DNA from: Kiritimatiellia bacterium
GTDB taxonomy: Bacteria; Verrucomicrobiota; Kiritimatiellia; RFP12; UBA1067
NCBI GenBank assembly: GCA_050949565.1
Contig: JBMNFY010000016.1
Span: 1-64,000, forward strand
Reading direction: 5' to 3'
Length of the DNA: 64,000 nt
The position numbers were made by a program, and so were the translations under genes. Of this stretch, positions 19,503 through 32,970 are shown in pieces. Within the stretch, counting starts at the first letter, position 1; each line of letters opens with the position of its first letter. A model generated the notes under the pieces. The model was not told the origin of the DNA, ran no database searches, and saw nothing but the letters and a program-made list of their open reading frames with translations.

Positions 19503-22218
19503 ATCCTTCGCAGCGCTCGTGCTTTGTGGCTGTATGCTAAAAATGTCGGCATCGGCGGATGTGGAGGTGTCGACCACAGGCGCGGTGAACACGCCGCAGG
19601 CGGCACTTGCCAAGGTAAAGGAGCTACGCGCTGCCGGGAAAATCCCCGCCGGACGCGCGGCAGTGGTGCGTTTCGCCGCAGGCGTTTACGAACTTGCGGG
19701 AAGAACTCGACGTCTCCGGCACGGATGCGCCGATATGCTTCAAAGGTGCTCCAGATGGCCAAACCGTTTTTTCCGGCGCGCGTAAACTGGGGCCGTTCAC
19801 GGCAGACGCGGACGGCATTTGGCGCTGTTCCGTGCCAGCGGGACTCGTCTTCGAACAGGTGGTGGGTGAACGGCTCACGTGCGCAGATCGCGAAGAGTCC
19901 GAACACGTTCTACAACTACGTGCTTTCGTCCGAAGGCGAAGGGACCGATCCGATGACGGGCAAGGAAGCCCGATTTAGGCAGGCGCATGTTGCGCACGGA
20001 TCCGAAGGCGCTTGCATGCCTCGCCCGCATTGCCGCCGGATGAACTGCGTGACGTGGCGATTCATGTGTGGTGGGCCTGGGACTCCGAATGGCAGAAGGT
20101 TGCGCGGGTGGACGCGGAAGACGGCGTGCTTTGGTTTCAGGGCCGTGTGAATCGCGACTTTTTCATGTGGCCGAAGTGGTGCCCGCGCTTCACGATCGAG
20201 AACATGCCGTACCGCAATGGGACGCGCCGGGCGAGTGGTTTCTGGATCGAAAAAAGAGCGAGCTTCTCTACATCCCGCGCACGGGCGAAAGGCCCGAAAC
20301 CTCATTCGCGGCAGTACCTGTCCTGAAGCGTATCGCATTCGTGCACGACACAAAGGACGTCACCTTCGACGGCATCACGTTTGCGCATAATTCTTGGACA
20401 CTGCCGAGTCCCCGGCTTTTACGCGTATCAGTCGGCTTTCTATGCAGACGCAGCGCTTGAGGTTTCCAACGCCACGCAAGTCGCGTTCCTGAACTGCCCG
20501 CGTGGAGCACACCGCGAATTACGGTCTCTGGTTCAATGCGGGCTCGCGTGATTCCTGCGTGCGCCACACATGGTTCGAGGATCTCGGCGCAGGCGGCAGT
20601 GCGTCTTGGTGCCGCGTACGTGGAGCACGAACGATGCGCCGGAAAAACTCGTTTCAGGCGTGACGGTGGACGACAACGTGATCACCTCCGGCGGCCACGT
20701 CTTCCCCGCCGGGACTGGCGTATTCATCACCTATGCCAAAGATAGCGTGTGACACACAACGAAATCTGTGATCTCTACTACTCCGGCATTGCTGCGGCCT
20801 GGCGCTGGGGTTACGCGCCCGCACCGAACCGAACAACGAACTTTCCTGGAATCACATCCACCACCTCGGCAAAGGGGTGCTGAGCGACATGGGCTTCATC
20901 TACACGCTCGGCGACAGCCGCGCACGGTCATCGCCGGCAACCACGGCCACGACATGTTCTCCTACGGCTACACGGGTTCGGGCGGCACCGGCCTCTACCC
21001 GGTCGAAGGCGCTACGGCATCCTCTGGACCTCGAACCTCATTCATCACACAAAGACATCCGCCTCTAAGCCAGCACTACGGACGTGAAAATTTCTTCCAC
21101 AACAACTTCTTCGCGTCTCGACCAAACCAGAATCATCCGTGGCGGGCCGTTGGCGCGTGGAAAATGACCACTGCTCACTCATCTGCTCAAACAACGTGTT
21201 CGTGTGGGCCGGCACGGAAGGACGTTCGGCATGGCGCGGCCCCGGCAAAGGACCGTCCCGCGCCGGTGCACGACCTGGTCTTCGCTCAACCTCTGGTGGA
21301 GTCCCGATCCCGTGGCGACCAACGCATTCAACGGCGGCACATGGGAAAAGTGGCATGCCGAAGTTGACAACGGCTCCTATCTTGCCGATCCGCTTTTCCG
21401 CGACTGGCAGAAAGGCGACTGGCGTCTGAAACCGGAGTCCCCCGCATTCACGATCGGTTTCAAGGAGTGGGATTACACGCTTGCGGGCGTACGTAAGGAA
21501 GACGCCGCTTGGCGTGCGCGGGTGGCTGCAATCCGTCCTGCGCTTACGAGGTGGCGCCAGAGCCGCCCCTGAATCCCGGCAAGCGTTCGTTCAGAACCGG
21601 GTTCGAGACACGCCGTCCGGGGACATTCCCAAGTGGAGCGTTCGGTGGCGTTTCGAGCCGTGAGCGCGGCTACGTGATGGAGTCCACGCGCGCCTGCCGC
21701 ACGGGCAAGCAGGCGCTTGAAATCCGCGACTTCGAGGGGCTGCAAACGCGTTACTGGCCGCACTTCTATCAGTCTTTCAAGATTGTCTCCGAAACGTTCG
21801 TTCTCAAATTCTCGCTCAATGCGATGCGCTCGCGAACCTGATATGCGAAGGCGCGAGTGGAATCCCGCCGCGAAAAACGGACAGTACGCAGACGGACCGT
21901 ACGTCTTCGTACAAAACGGCGCATTCTATGTCCGTGCGCGGGAAGTACGGCAGACGGCAAGGCATACGGTTTCGATAGGAAGATTTCATCTTACGCGCCG
22001 GACACGTGGTGCGACCTTGAATTCACGCTGCACACGCCGAAGGATGCACGCCCACATGGGACTTCGCTTTTACCGGCGCAGATGGCATCCGACACGAGTG
22101 AAGGGGCTTCTCTACTACCATGAGGAGTGCGCCGTGCCGGAACTGGATCGGGTTCCTCTCCAACGCAGACTGCGAAACCGTCTCCTTCATCGACGATTAT
22201 TCTTACGACAACCTGTGA
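19474..22218 (+). CDS. Secreted right-handed beta-helix glycan-active protein (GH141/pectin-lyase-like fold), many frameshifts
   Basis: [16 protein letters not shown]; [10 protein letters not shown]; FEDLGAG; [11 protein letters not shown]; HYGRENF; [18 protein letters not shown]. Confidence 0.75.
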
Positions 22219-22267
22219 GCCTAGTCATTATCTGTCCTCCAGACCCGATGTAGCGACGGCGCGGTAG

Positions 22268-24878
22268 GCTAACTCCTGAAATCAAAGCGCTGCAAGTTCA
22301 ACGCTTTTTAGTCACTCGCGTTGCTTCGCTGCGTCGAACGTACACCAGCAGGCACCGTTCGAGTCCATCCAGATATAAAACCGCTGCCACTCTTCATCGG
22401 TGAGTTTCACGTCACCGTGTCCGGACTCAAGGCGTTCAGGAGTTTGGAGGGCAGAGCACCGAACGTGAGCGGTCTTGTGAGCGGTTCGTTATTGTTGTTC
22501 GGTTGTTGGTTCCAACTGGAATAGGGGACATGGCGAATGAGCACGTTGAACGATTTGCATGACCATCCATCCGGCCTCGCCCGTCAATGCCGGCACGCCC
22601 TCACGCTTCCCGTCGTGGCACGTCACGCACTTGCGGTCCAACACGGGCTGAGAGAGTTTGAGGTAGCTGAACGGACGCGTCCCGAGAGCGAGGGCTGAAT
22701 GACAGACGGCGCGCGTTGTGTGGCCAACGCGGGTTGCGCGGGCATGTAGCTCTTGCGGCGATCCTCATGGCAGCCACACAGCTTTCGTGTTCGCCGGGCT
22801 GGAGGTACACGGCTGAACGCATCGTCTGTACGGCGCGTCCCTTTGCGTCGAGCGCCTGGAAGTAGAGCGGCATGTTGGCGGGGGCCTCGAAATAGGCGCT
22901 GCCATCCGCCTCCACGGGCACGGTCCCAAGGAATCTCGCGTCCGACGGAACCCAGTCCGGCACCCACCTTTGGGGAGTCGATATTCGGCGTTGTCTTGTT
23001 GATGATGTGGAAGACGCGCAACGCAACGATGGGGTATTGGGACGGGAAGGCATCTGGCCATGCCTCCGTCACCTTGTCGATCGAGAACGTGCCCGTCAGG
23101 CGCTTTGCGCGTTCGGGATCGATAGGCGATTGGGCAGCTTGGGCGGCGTACGCGGTTCGATCGGTCGCGCCAGAGGCTGGAGATGCGCGGATCGCGATAG
23201 ATGAGTTCGCGCGTGCCATCGGCATCGCAGAGGTAGATGCCGTACTGGTCGGGATGTTGCCGCCTGGCTCGCCCAGCAGGCGGTCGTAGGAATACGAGGC
23301 GAGGAACGTGGTTTCGGAGAGCGGCCACGGGCTCTTGAACGAATGCCGGGCCAACGCTTCTCCTGCACCGTCGGTGTTTGGTTGCGCGCGGGGCCGGGGA
23401 TGCCTCCTCGCCAATAGCTGCGGGGCGTACTGTCGAACGCGACATCCTTCACGAAAGCGGGTGCGTGGGCGAGCGGCTCTTCTGATTCAGTGAAACGCAC
23501 CTCCGGCGTGAGGCGCGTGATAGGCGTCGCGCCGTCAATGCCTTTGAGCGTGTCGATCAAAATGACAGATCCCGCCGACATCGCATGGTGCGGTCCGGCA
23601 ATGGCCATGACCTTTGTGGAGTTCGGCACTGGGCGTGCCTCCCACGTGCCGCACGGATTCCATGTGTGTTGCCGTAGTAGATACGCACGCCGCCGCCGTC
23701 TGGCCGCGCGTCCAGAGGTGTGGTAGAGAACGCCGTTACGGTCCACATAGTCCCAGCGCGTATAGAGAAGCCGTCCATCCGGCAGCAAGGCGGGCGTCCA
23801 CTCATGCGTTTCGTGAAACGAGATCGAACGCGGATTCTCACCATTCGGTCCCATTCGCGAGAGCGTGAACACAAAGCAGGACCAAGGCCGCACCGATGGT
23901 AACCGCCGCGTCGCGTGGAGGAGAACACGATGTCGCCGTCCGGCAGGTAGATGGAAAAATGTCGTCGTGGCCGTCGTTCGTCAATCGCCGCGCCGTGCCG
24001 CCTGCAAGCGGCGCTTCATAAATGTTGTAGCGGTGCGCGAGGCGATCAGGGCTGCAGAAGCGGGGAACATCACGTCCGCCCGTATACGTGCCGGGAGGAT
24101 CGGACGCGACGGGCGAGTAGGAGAAAAGGATCTTGGTTGCATCCAGCGAAAGCTCGGGGTTGAGGAAACTGCCGGGCGGCAGATTGGGTGGCGTCACTTC
24201 GCGCGGGCGCATCGATACGCCGGGCTGCTCCAGTACAAAGAGGCCGCCTCCCGGACTGTGCGCAGTAGCCGAGGCACTGCGTGAGCTGGTGGCTCATCGC
24301 GCCGGGTACGAACTTCGCGAAGAAGAGCGTGCGCCCCTTCAATTGCGCGAGCGCCCGCGTGCGGAGGGCTTGGTGGAGTGCCCGCCATTCATGCTCATCA
24401 CTCGTCTCGGGGGGCGGCTGCGCAAGCCCCGCCATTCTGAAGCGCGCCCGCAGCGGTACCACGGCCTCGGCGAATGTGCACGGTTCGCGGGGCACACCGA
24501 GACCGTCCTGCAAACGCCAGTCCCACTCTACGAGCGCAGTGGCGATACGGTTGTCGAGCGGTCCCCGATCCTTCACGGGGCCTACGCTGTAAGGGCTCCG
24601 TTCGGGTTCGAGCGCGTTTGGCAGAACGACCACGTCATGCGGCGTGATCGCGTCTCCATTCACATGCCAGCCCGCACCGACCGCGCACGCCCGCCACCCC
24701 TTTTGATCGGGGAATCCCGTGAGCAGCAACTGGTTGGTGCCGTGCTCATAGAACCATGTGCCCGTGACCGAGCCTGCCGAAGGCAGCACTACGTCGAGCC
24801 CGAACGATATGCGGTCAGTACCCTGTCCCGCAAGCGGAACGAGTGCCGACAAAAAAAGCAGTGTACGGTTCTTTTCAT
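22268..24878 (-). CDS. HzsA-related secreted protein (TolB-like propeller + hydrazine-synthase-alpha middle domain + CxxCH), frameshifted; 3' end approximate
   Basis: PELSLDATKILFS; LPDGRLLYTRWDYVDR; TVPVEADGSAYFEAPANMPLYFQALD..VQTMRS..LQPGE..SC; KCVTCHDG. Confidence 0.8.
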
Positions 24879-24887
24879 ATTGCTTGA

Positions 24888-27800
24888 TTATGGCTTCTTG
24901 ATGAGTTTGCCGCCCTTGTACGTGAACTCGGGGCAATCGCAGAAGTAGACGCGTTTGCCGTCCGCGTTCTCGGAGATTTCTGCCGTGACCTTGCCGTCGC
25001 GCGTCAGCCCTTGAATGCCCTCGGCGGCAGATCGATGGTTTCATCCCGATTTTGGTCTTGAGCGTTCTTTGAGATTGCCGTTCGCGACGATGACCGTGCC
25101 GTCCTGATATTCGACGAACACCTGATTGCGCTCGACCGTGCCGTCCGCAATCGCTGCGGAAGAGGCGTGCGCTTTGCCGTCCGCATCGAGATACGCGATC
25201 GTGCTCACGTCGCTCTGCGTGTAGCGCGCGGCGAGCGGCTGAACCATGGCGTAGCTGCGGAGCGCGATGTCTATGCCCTTTTCAAAGTCGATCCGCCCCG
25301 GACCGCAGTAGGCGAGCCCGAACGGCTTTGACGGCGTGAAGCAGTAGTCGAGGATCAGGGTGCGGGCGTGTCCGAATGCAACAACGGCGGTCAGGAAGCA
25401 ATCGACAAGCTCCTCGATTCCTCCGACTGGTTCGGTGTTCGGCTGATACATCTTTCCCGGCGAGAACATCGCAGCAGCCCATGCCGAAGTTGCACTCCTT
25501 GGGATGGATTTTGAGCAGGTCGAAGTCGACAATCCAAGGCATCGTAAAGAAGTTGTATCCGCGATCCTGCGCGTAGTTGCCGTCCGAGAGTCCCGAGTAG
25601 AAGAAGTGGTGTCCGCCTTCGGAGTAGACGGGGCCTTGCCACGCTTGCTTCTGCAGCAGCAATGTTTCTCCGTATGCGTAGAAGGTCTGTGCAAAAGTCG
25701 CCGCGCCGGGAACACGCGCATCGTAATCCGTGCGGCTCCAAGGCACCAGCGTGGTGTGGACATCGCAGTAGGCCGTGTTATAGCCGAACTTGCGTTTGAG
25801 TTCGGAGCGAAACGCTCGCAGAGCATCGGTGCAAGAGCGGGTTTCGGACCGTAGCATCTGAACACGCCGGATAGAACGAACCGTCGCGTTGGCGGGCGAT
25901 GAGGTCCCGTGACCAGATGGCGTTCATGGGCGAGAAGTCGGTGAAGTTGTTGTACGGGCCGTAGACGTAGCCGAGTTCCTCGCGCATGAAGCGTGAATAG
26001 TCCTCGGCACCAGCGTCTCCGCCCTTGCCCGGTGCAGCATCCGTGCGGCAGGTAAAGCTTTCGCCACGGTCGCGCCACAGCGTCTCGTGGTCGGTGACGA
26101 TCACATGATCGATCCCGAGTTTCTTGACCTCCCGCCAGAAGGCCTTGTCCAGCTGCGCACGTAACTGCCGTGGGACCTCCACGCGCCTTTACCGGCCACC
26201 GTTTTATACGGCGAGACGGGATTGGGAATTTCTGGCAGCACTTCCGCGAAATCTCGGCTGAGCGTGATGACGATCCGCTCGCTCACCGGATTGTAGGTTC
26301 CATCCGTCTTTGGGTAGTACCTCATCGACTGCGCGTTGCCCGCATTCGAAACCTCGCTCGCGTTTGAACGATACCAATCGAAGATCGCGCTCCGGTACCA
26401 TCCGCCCTCAAGCAGATCGATCTTGAGACGATTCTGCCGGATGCCATAGGCGAGATACGGCACGATGAAGCTTTTGAGAACCTTTGCTTCGTAGCCGTTC
26501 CGCTCGAAACTTCCGTGACGGTTCCGGCGGTGCGTACAGATCGACGACAAGGCTCTTGCCGCGACGGCTTGTCGTGACTTCAAGCTTGCCGGTGTCGCTT
26601 CCGGCGATCGCGCCGCCGTTGAACGTAGCGATTAAGTCGCCCTCTTGCGGCGAAGACGTGCGCGGGATGATCGTGCTTTCCGTAGTCGGGAACGGCAGAT
26701 TGCGGTCGCCGGTATTGATCCCCTGATCGGCGCCTTTGAGCGGCGTCAGGTTGCGTTTGGCGCGCGCGGCGATATCGAGTTTGCCGGAAAGCGTGTCCAT
26801 GAAAAACGCGATGTTGTCAAAGTGCATCGGGCGGTATTCCGGTTGCGTTCCACCGGTGAGGACGAATCCCGCGAACGCAGCACCTTGGAAACGCTTAGTC
26901 TCTTCCGGCGAGAAGCGCCGCTCGATGCGGTGCCAATCCGGCCAGGTGATCTTGCCGAGCGAAACCCGCTGCTCCGTCCCGTCCGCGAGCCGCAGTGCGA
27001 GGAAGAATTCAGCGGAGGGCACCTCGGGCTGCGTGTTGGCGCCGCGTCCGAAGTGGTCGCCGTGTACCCAGACCGCGAAGGTGTTCCAAGCGTTCGTAAC
27101 CGCCACGGGTTTTTCGGGGCCGAAGGCGATGGACGGCTTGTCGCCTTTTCCGCAGTACGACAGCCGCAACGTCTTCTCTCCGAACAGTTGCGTCTCGCGC
27201 GTCGTCGCGCAGAGGGCCGCGGCGTTTTCGGCGCGCACCTTCCATGCTGGATCGTCCTCGAAATCGACGAGCGCAGGCACGTCGTCCAGTGTCCGGTTTG
27301 CGTTCTTGAATTCGTACGGACGGTTGTCCTGCGGATACGGCTTGCCCGCGCCGAGGTTTTCTGGATACGACTCGGCCTTTTCGTTCTCGCCGAGCGCATA
27401 GCACGCCGCCCGCAGATGTCGTTGGCGTTGTCGCCGAATTCGGACGGCAGGATCACGCTCTTTGCGAGATAGTCGACACATTCGCGGTAGCGCTTCGCAT
27501 CCAGCAGCGACTTCGCATACGCGAGCTTCATTGGGTTTACCTCGGAATCAGCCGTGAGGCGGTTGCCGCGCAGTTCCGCGCGCCATCCACCGCCGAGTTC
27601 AATGGCGCGTGCGATGTCCGCATCGCCTGCGGCACCGAGACGCCTGCCGGCGCGGAAAAGGTAGAACGCTGCGAGGTCGGGCGCGTTTCCGCAGACGGCA
27701 AGAAGCGCGTCCGCACGGTCTTGCTCGCCGTTCGCCACAAGGAAGAGCGCGTGATAGTATTTGAACTTCCAACTGCTGTTTTCCCGCGCCGCCCATTCGA

Positions 27801-29725
27801 GCGCCGGGAGCGACTCGCGGCGGAACGGGAACACGAACTCCGCCGACAGCTTGGCGATGGCATTGAGCGCCGCAGCATCGCGCTCCAGATATGCAAGGCG
27901 GATGCGCGCGACCGGATGGTCGCCTGCAAAGCCGAAGAGTTCGCGCGCCTCGTCGGCCAGCCCCGCCGCTTCGTACCAAGTGCCGAGATCCATGAACGTT
28001 TCATGCGGCAGCTCGCACTTGATGTACGCGCGGAAATCTTCCTTGCCGCCCAGCTTGGCCGAGCTCATATCTGACAGCGTGGAAGAGCGGGAGTTGCGCG
28101 AGCGTTGCCTTGGCGCTTGCCGTTGCGGCGGCTATGTCGCCTCCCTTGCGCAAGGCGATGACTTTCGCCAGCAGCGCGTCAAAGGAGAGTCCGTTGGCGC
28201 ACAACGCACGATCCGCCAGCAGCGCCGCTTCCTGCCAGTTTTTCTCGCGAAGCATGATCTTCGATAAGAGCGAATAGGAGGCGGAACGCATCATCGGCGA
28301 AAAGGCCGCGAGCCCGAGCGCTCCTTGGCGGTGACCAGATCGTCTTGCGCGAACGCGGCGAATCCCGCGAGATAATTCGCTTCGCGTCGTAGGTGTCGAC
28401 AGCGAGCGCGCGCTCCGCGAGACGCGATGCCTCGGCATAGAGTGCGCGCGCTTCGCTTCGAGCCCGGCGAGCGCGACGAGCGCGGGCGCGAAATGGTTGT
28501 CGATGGCGAGCGCCGATCTGAGCAGCCGCGCCGCGCCATCGTCGTCATGGAGATAGCGGAGCTTCTGCGTGCCCTTCAGGTAAAGCCCTGAACAGAGTTC
28601 CAATCAAAGTCGGACGCATCTCGATCGGGCGCGGCTTGACGCCGATTTCTGGGGTTCCGAACGCCTCGCGGTTCTTCACCATGCTCCACATCTCGTCGAA
28701 GACATCCGTTCCGCCGGGCGCGAAGGAAGGAACCTTGAACGGCGTTTTTTCGCAGGGCGGACGCGGTTGCTGGAACGCGCGACCGGATTGCAACTCGGCG
28801 TACTGGCCGTCCTTGTCTGTCAGCAACGTCTCCCAGATGGCGCCTGCGCGCGACGGCGACCAGAGCCAGATTTTGCGTCCGTACTTGTCGTAGACCGGAT
28901 TGCGGTGGACCGCGCCGAAACGGATATCCGGCCACCAGATGCCGAACACGCTGTTGTCGCCGTTGAGGACGTGGTACGACTTGTTGCTGCCAAAACGGTT
29001 CTGGGCATATACCGAAAGGTCACGCCCTGCGTCGTCGATCGCCAAGCGTGCGCGTCGCCTGGGTGTCCGATGTAGTTTTTGCCTGGGAGAAGAAGTCGGT
29101 ATTTTCAAACAGCGGAAATGCCGCGTTCATCCACTGGTAGTAGGGGCCGGTCAGGTTCGCGCCGTTGAACCAGATCGTCCGCATCGTAAAGTGGTCGTCG
29201 CCGGGGGCGAGCCGCACTTCCACCTGCAGATCGTGCGGCCGATGTACTCCGAAGCGCCAGCGAAGTAACTCGCGCTGCCGTCCTCGTTCTTCCTGACGTA
29301 CCAGTCGACCGGCGTCGCCGAAGTCGGGGCGTGTCCGGTGATAGCGAAGTTGAACTCGATGCCGCCAGAGCACCACGGTCCCCGGAGCGCGATATTGCGG
29401 AACTTGACCGCATGATTGTAGTAGATGAACGCGTGTCGGTCGCGATCTCCTGCGCGCCCCAAACCTTGCCGCCGATTTCGGGGAGCATGGTCACACGGAT
29501 CTTTTCATTTTCGAGGATCACCGCCTTCCACTTCTGCGCTGTCGGCTCCGCCGTCGAGCCATCGAAACGGAAATAGGGGTAGAGCGGCGAATCCGTCCGG
29601 GGCACCGGATCAGGATCAGAGAATCCGTACGTCGGGAATTCGAGTTCGGTTTCCACGATCGAAACCGCCGCGCCGAATGACACGGCGGCAAACAGGGTGA
29701 GAGAGACGATGACCGTTTTTTTCAT
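24888..29725 (-). CDS. Apparent fusion of DUF5107 + TPR region with a putative glycoside hydrolase (DUF5696/GH101-GH129-like), frameshifted
   Basis: Signal peptide; PTYGFSDPDP..YPYFRFDG..ILENEKIRVTMLPEIGGKVWGA; WCSGGIEFNF; YPENLGAGKPY running in frame into RPYEFKNANRT; AYCDVHT..TDYDARVPGA..GPVYSEGGHH. Confidence 0.65.
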
Positions 29726-29923
29726 GGTAGATATCCACGATGTGGAGACTTTCGTTACGTTGGGTAAAATCTCATTTTGCGATGGCTTTGACAAGAATGA
29801 ACTCCGTACTCCTTTTCCTCACGAAGGTGGGGCAAACCGCCTGTCGCGGGTCGCCAGTCAACTTCTCTTATTGCGACCACACAGTGGTTCGCAATCTTGA
29901 GAGTAAAAGCGCTGCCGTTTTCT

Positions 29924-29952
29924 TTGCGCTGTGGGCGCAGGTATGGTACTTT
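29924..29952 (+). promoter_or_regulatory. Putative promoter of the R-M gene
   Basis: TTGCGC-N17-TACTTT with TG extension. Confidence 0.4.
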
Positions 29953-30000
29953 GTATGCGTCTAAAGTGTTGCCTGTGACACATCGTGGAGTCCGTGCCTT

Positions 30001-32947
30001 ATGCCGATCAGTTGGAATGAGATCAGACAGAACGCCATCCGTTTTTCTCGCGAATGGGCGGATGAGTACCGCGAGGACGCGGAGGCCAAATCTTTCTGGG
30101 ATGAGTTTTTCGGCGTCTTCGGCGTCCGCCGCCGTCTCTTGGCCACCTTCGAGGAGCCCGTCCGCAAGATCAACGGCCAGTACGGCTACATCGACCTTTT
30201 CTGGCGCGGCGTCATGCTCGCCGAGCACAAGAGCCGCGGCAAGTCCCTCGACAAGGCCGAATCACAGGCCTTCAGCTACATTCAGGATCTTGCCCGCGAG
30301 CAGCGCTTCGAGGAACTTCCCCGCTTCGTCATTCTTTCTGATTTTGAGCGCATCGCGCTGTATGATCTCGAACCCGAGGATCAACTCGACCTGCCGCTTT
30401 TCGAATCCCGCCATTACTACAAGAACGAGTTCCTGCTCAAGGATCTCCACAAGCACCTTCACGACTTTGCCTTCATCGCCGGTTACCGGCAGCACCGCCT
30501 GCGTGACGACAGACCCCATCAACATCCGAGCTGTTGAGATCCTCGGCGATCTCCACGACGCGCTGGCCGCCGGCGGCTACGCGGGCCATGACCTTGAGCG
30601 CTTCCTCGTGCGCATCCTTTTCTGCCTCTTCGCCGACGACACCGGCCTTTTCGAGCCCGACAGCTTCAAGCTCTACATCGAGAACCGCACCGCCTCCGAC
30701 GGCTCTGACTTGGGCCTGCACCTAGCACAGCTCTTCGAGGTGCTGAACACCCCGTCCGAGCGGCGACAGGCGCATCTCGATGACATGCTCGCCGCCTTCC
30801 CGCACGTCAACGGGGAGTTGTTCAAAGAGCGTCTGGCATTCGCCAGTTTCAACCGCGCTATGCGCGATGCACTGTTGCGGTGTACCGAGTTCGACTGGTC
30901 GGCCATTTCGCCCGCCATCTTCGGCTCGCTCTTTCAGGGCGTGATGGATCCCAAGGAACGCCGCCAGACCGGTGGACACTATACCTCCGAACGCGACATC
31001 CTCAAGGTCGTCAACGCGCTCTTCATGGACGACTTGCGGACGGAGTTCGCAAAGGCGCGGCACAACAAAGCCCTGCTCAAGCAGTTCCACCGGAAACTTG
31101 GAACCCTCCGCTTCTTCGATCCGGCGTGCGGGTGCGGCAACTTTTTGGTCATCACCTACCGCGAACTGCGCCTGTTGGAGATCGACGTCCTCAAAGCCCT
31201 GTTCGGGAAAGAGGTACAGCAGGAACTGGACATTCAGGCGCTGTCAAAGGTAGACGTCGACGCCTTTACCGGTATCGAAATCCAGGAGTGGCCTGCCCGC
31301 ATCGCCGAAGTCGCCATGTGGCTCATGGACCACCAGATGAATATCCGCCTTTCGGAAGCGTTCGGCCAATACTTTGTACGTCTGCCGCTCAAGAAATCCG
31401 CCAACATCGTTCTTGGCAACGCCCTTCGTCTCGATTGGAAGACGATTCTTCCGCCTGATCAATGTTCGTACGTGCTCGGCAATCCGCCTTTCGTTGGCAA
31501 GCACTACCAGTCTGCGGAACAGAAAGCTGACATGGCGTCCGTTTTCGGCAAATTCAAGAACATCGGCGACCTCGACTACGTGACCTGTTGGCACTACCGT
31601 GCGGCTGAGTATATCCAAGGCACGGCCATCGTGGTTGGCTTCGTGTCCACCAACTCGATCACCCAAGGCGAACAGGTGCCGCTGATCTGGGGCCTGCTCT
31701 TCGATAAGTGGCACATCAAGATCCACTTTGCCCACCGGACGTTTCCGTGGGCCAGCGAGGCGCGCGGCAAGGCGCATGTCCACGTGGTCATCATCGGCTT
31801 TGCCGCGTTCGACATCCCTGGCAAAAAGTTGTTTGACTACGACTCCGGCAACGGGGATGCCGCCGTGATCGAAGCGATCAACATCGGTCCCTATCTCACG
31901 CCCGGCCCCGACGCATTCGTCACCAAGCGTCAGAAGCCGATCTCGCCCGTGCCGGAAATGCGCTGCGGCAGCAAGCCGTCTGACGGCGGCAACCTGATTC
32001 TGACGGACAGCGAACGGGACGCGCTGGTCGCCGCCGAACCCGGCGCGAAGCAATACCTGCGGCGCTACACAGGGGCGGAAGAATTCATCAACGGCAACAT
32101 GCGCTGGTGCCTCTGGCTCGAAGGCGCCGACCCGGGCAGTCTGCGCGCACTGCCGCTGGTTATGGAGCGCGTGGAGAAGGTGCGCGAGTTCCGGGAAAAG
32201 AGTACGGCCGCTCCCACCCGCAAAGCGGCGAAGACACCGGGGCTGTTCTTCTACCGCTCGCAGCCGACCACCGATTACATCCTTATTCCCGAGGTTTCCT
32301 CGGAACGGCGGCATTACATCCCGATCGGCATCGCGAGCCCGTCGCTCGTTCCGAGCAACACGTGTTTTGTACTTCCGACAACCGACCTCTATCTATTCGG
32401 CGTGCTGACCTCCGCCATGCACATGGCGTGGATGCGTCAGGTCGGCGGACGGTTGGAGTCGCGGTACCGCTACTCGCGCACGATGGTTTACAATACCTTC
32501 CCGTGGCCGCGGCTCGATCTGCCGATCCAGGAGGGTGACGCCTGTGTCCGGGAGGCGGCGTCACGGCTCTATTGGTCGTCGTATCACGAAGGCGGGGAGT
32601 ACGAAAACGCCCCGCGTCCGCAACCGGGGGAACCCCGGTCTGTCCGCCTGACCGGCGACGCGCGGAAGAAGGCCGCCGTTGAGGCCAAGGCAAAGGCCGT
32701 GCTCGATGCGCGGGCGAGATATCCGCTCTCGACGCTGGCTGACCTCTACGATCCCCTGACCATGCCCGCCGATCTGGTGAAGGCGCATGCCGACCTCGAC
32801 CGCGCGGTAGACCGTTGCTACCGCTCCCAGCCTTTCACCTCCGAACGCCAGCGCGTGGAGTTTCTCTTCGCCCTCTACGAGAGCTACACCGCGCCGTTGC
32901 TTCCGGCGGAGAAGACGAGAAGGCGTCGGGGACGCAGAAGTCCGTAA
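30001..32947 (+). CDS. MmeI/YeeA-like type IIL restriction-modification enzyme (N6-adenine MTase fused to endonuclease); one frameshift near 30505-30520
   Basis: MPISWNEIRQNA..FW..FF; GYIDLFW..LAEHKSRGK (PD-ExK); FFDPACGCGNFL (motif I); GNPPF (motif IV); VSSERR; LADLYDP..MP. Confidence 0.92.
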
Positions 32948-32970
32948 AGTGCAGTTAAGAGGAATAACGC

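Noticed and set aside
22268-24878. Anammox hydrazine synthase
   Set aside because: There is no hzsB/hzsC, and the context is carbohydrate catabolism.
29897-30500. N-terminal ~200 aa of the 1016-aa ORF
   Set aside because: The true MmeI N-terminus is in the 30001-30537 frame; the long ORF's start is an off-frame artefact.
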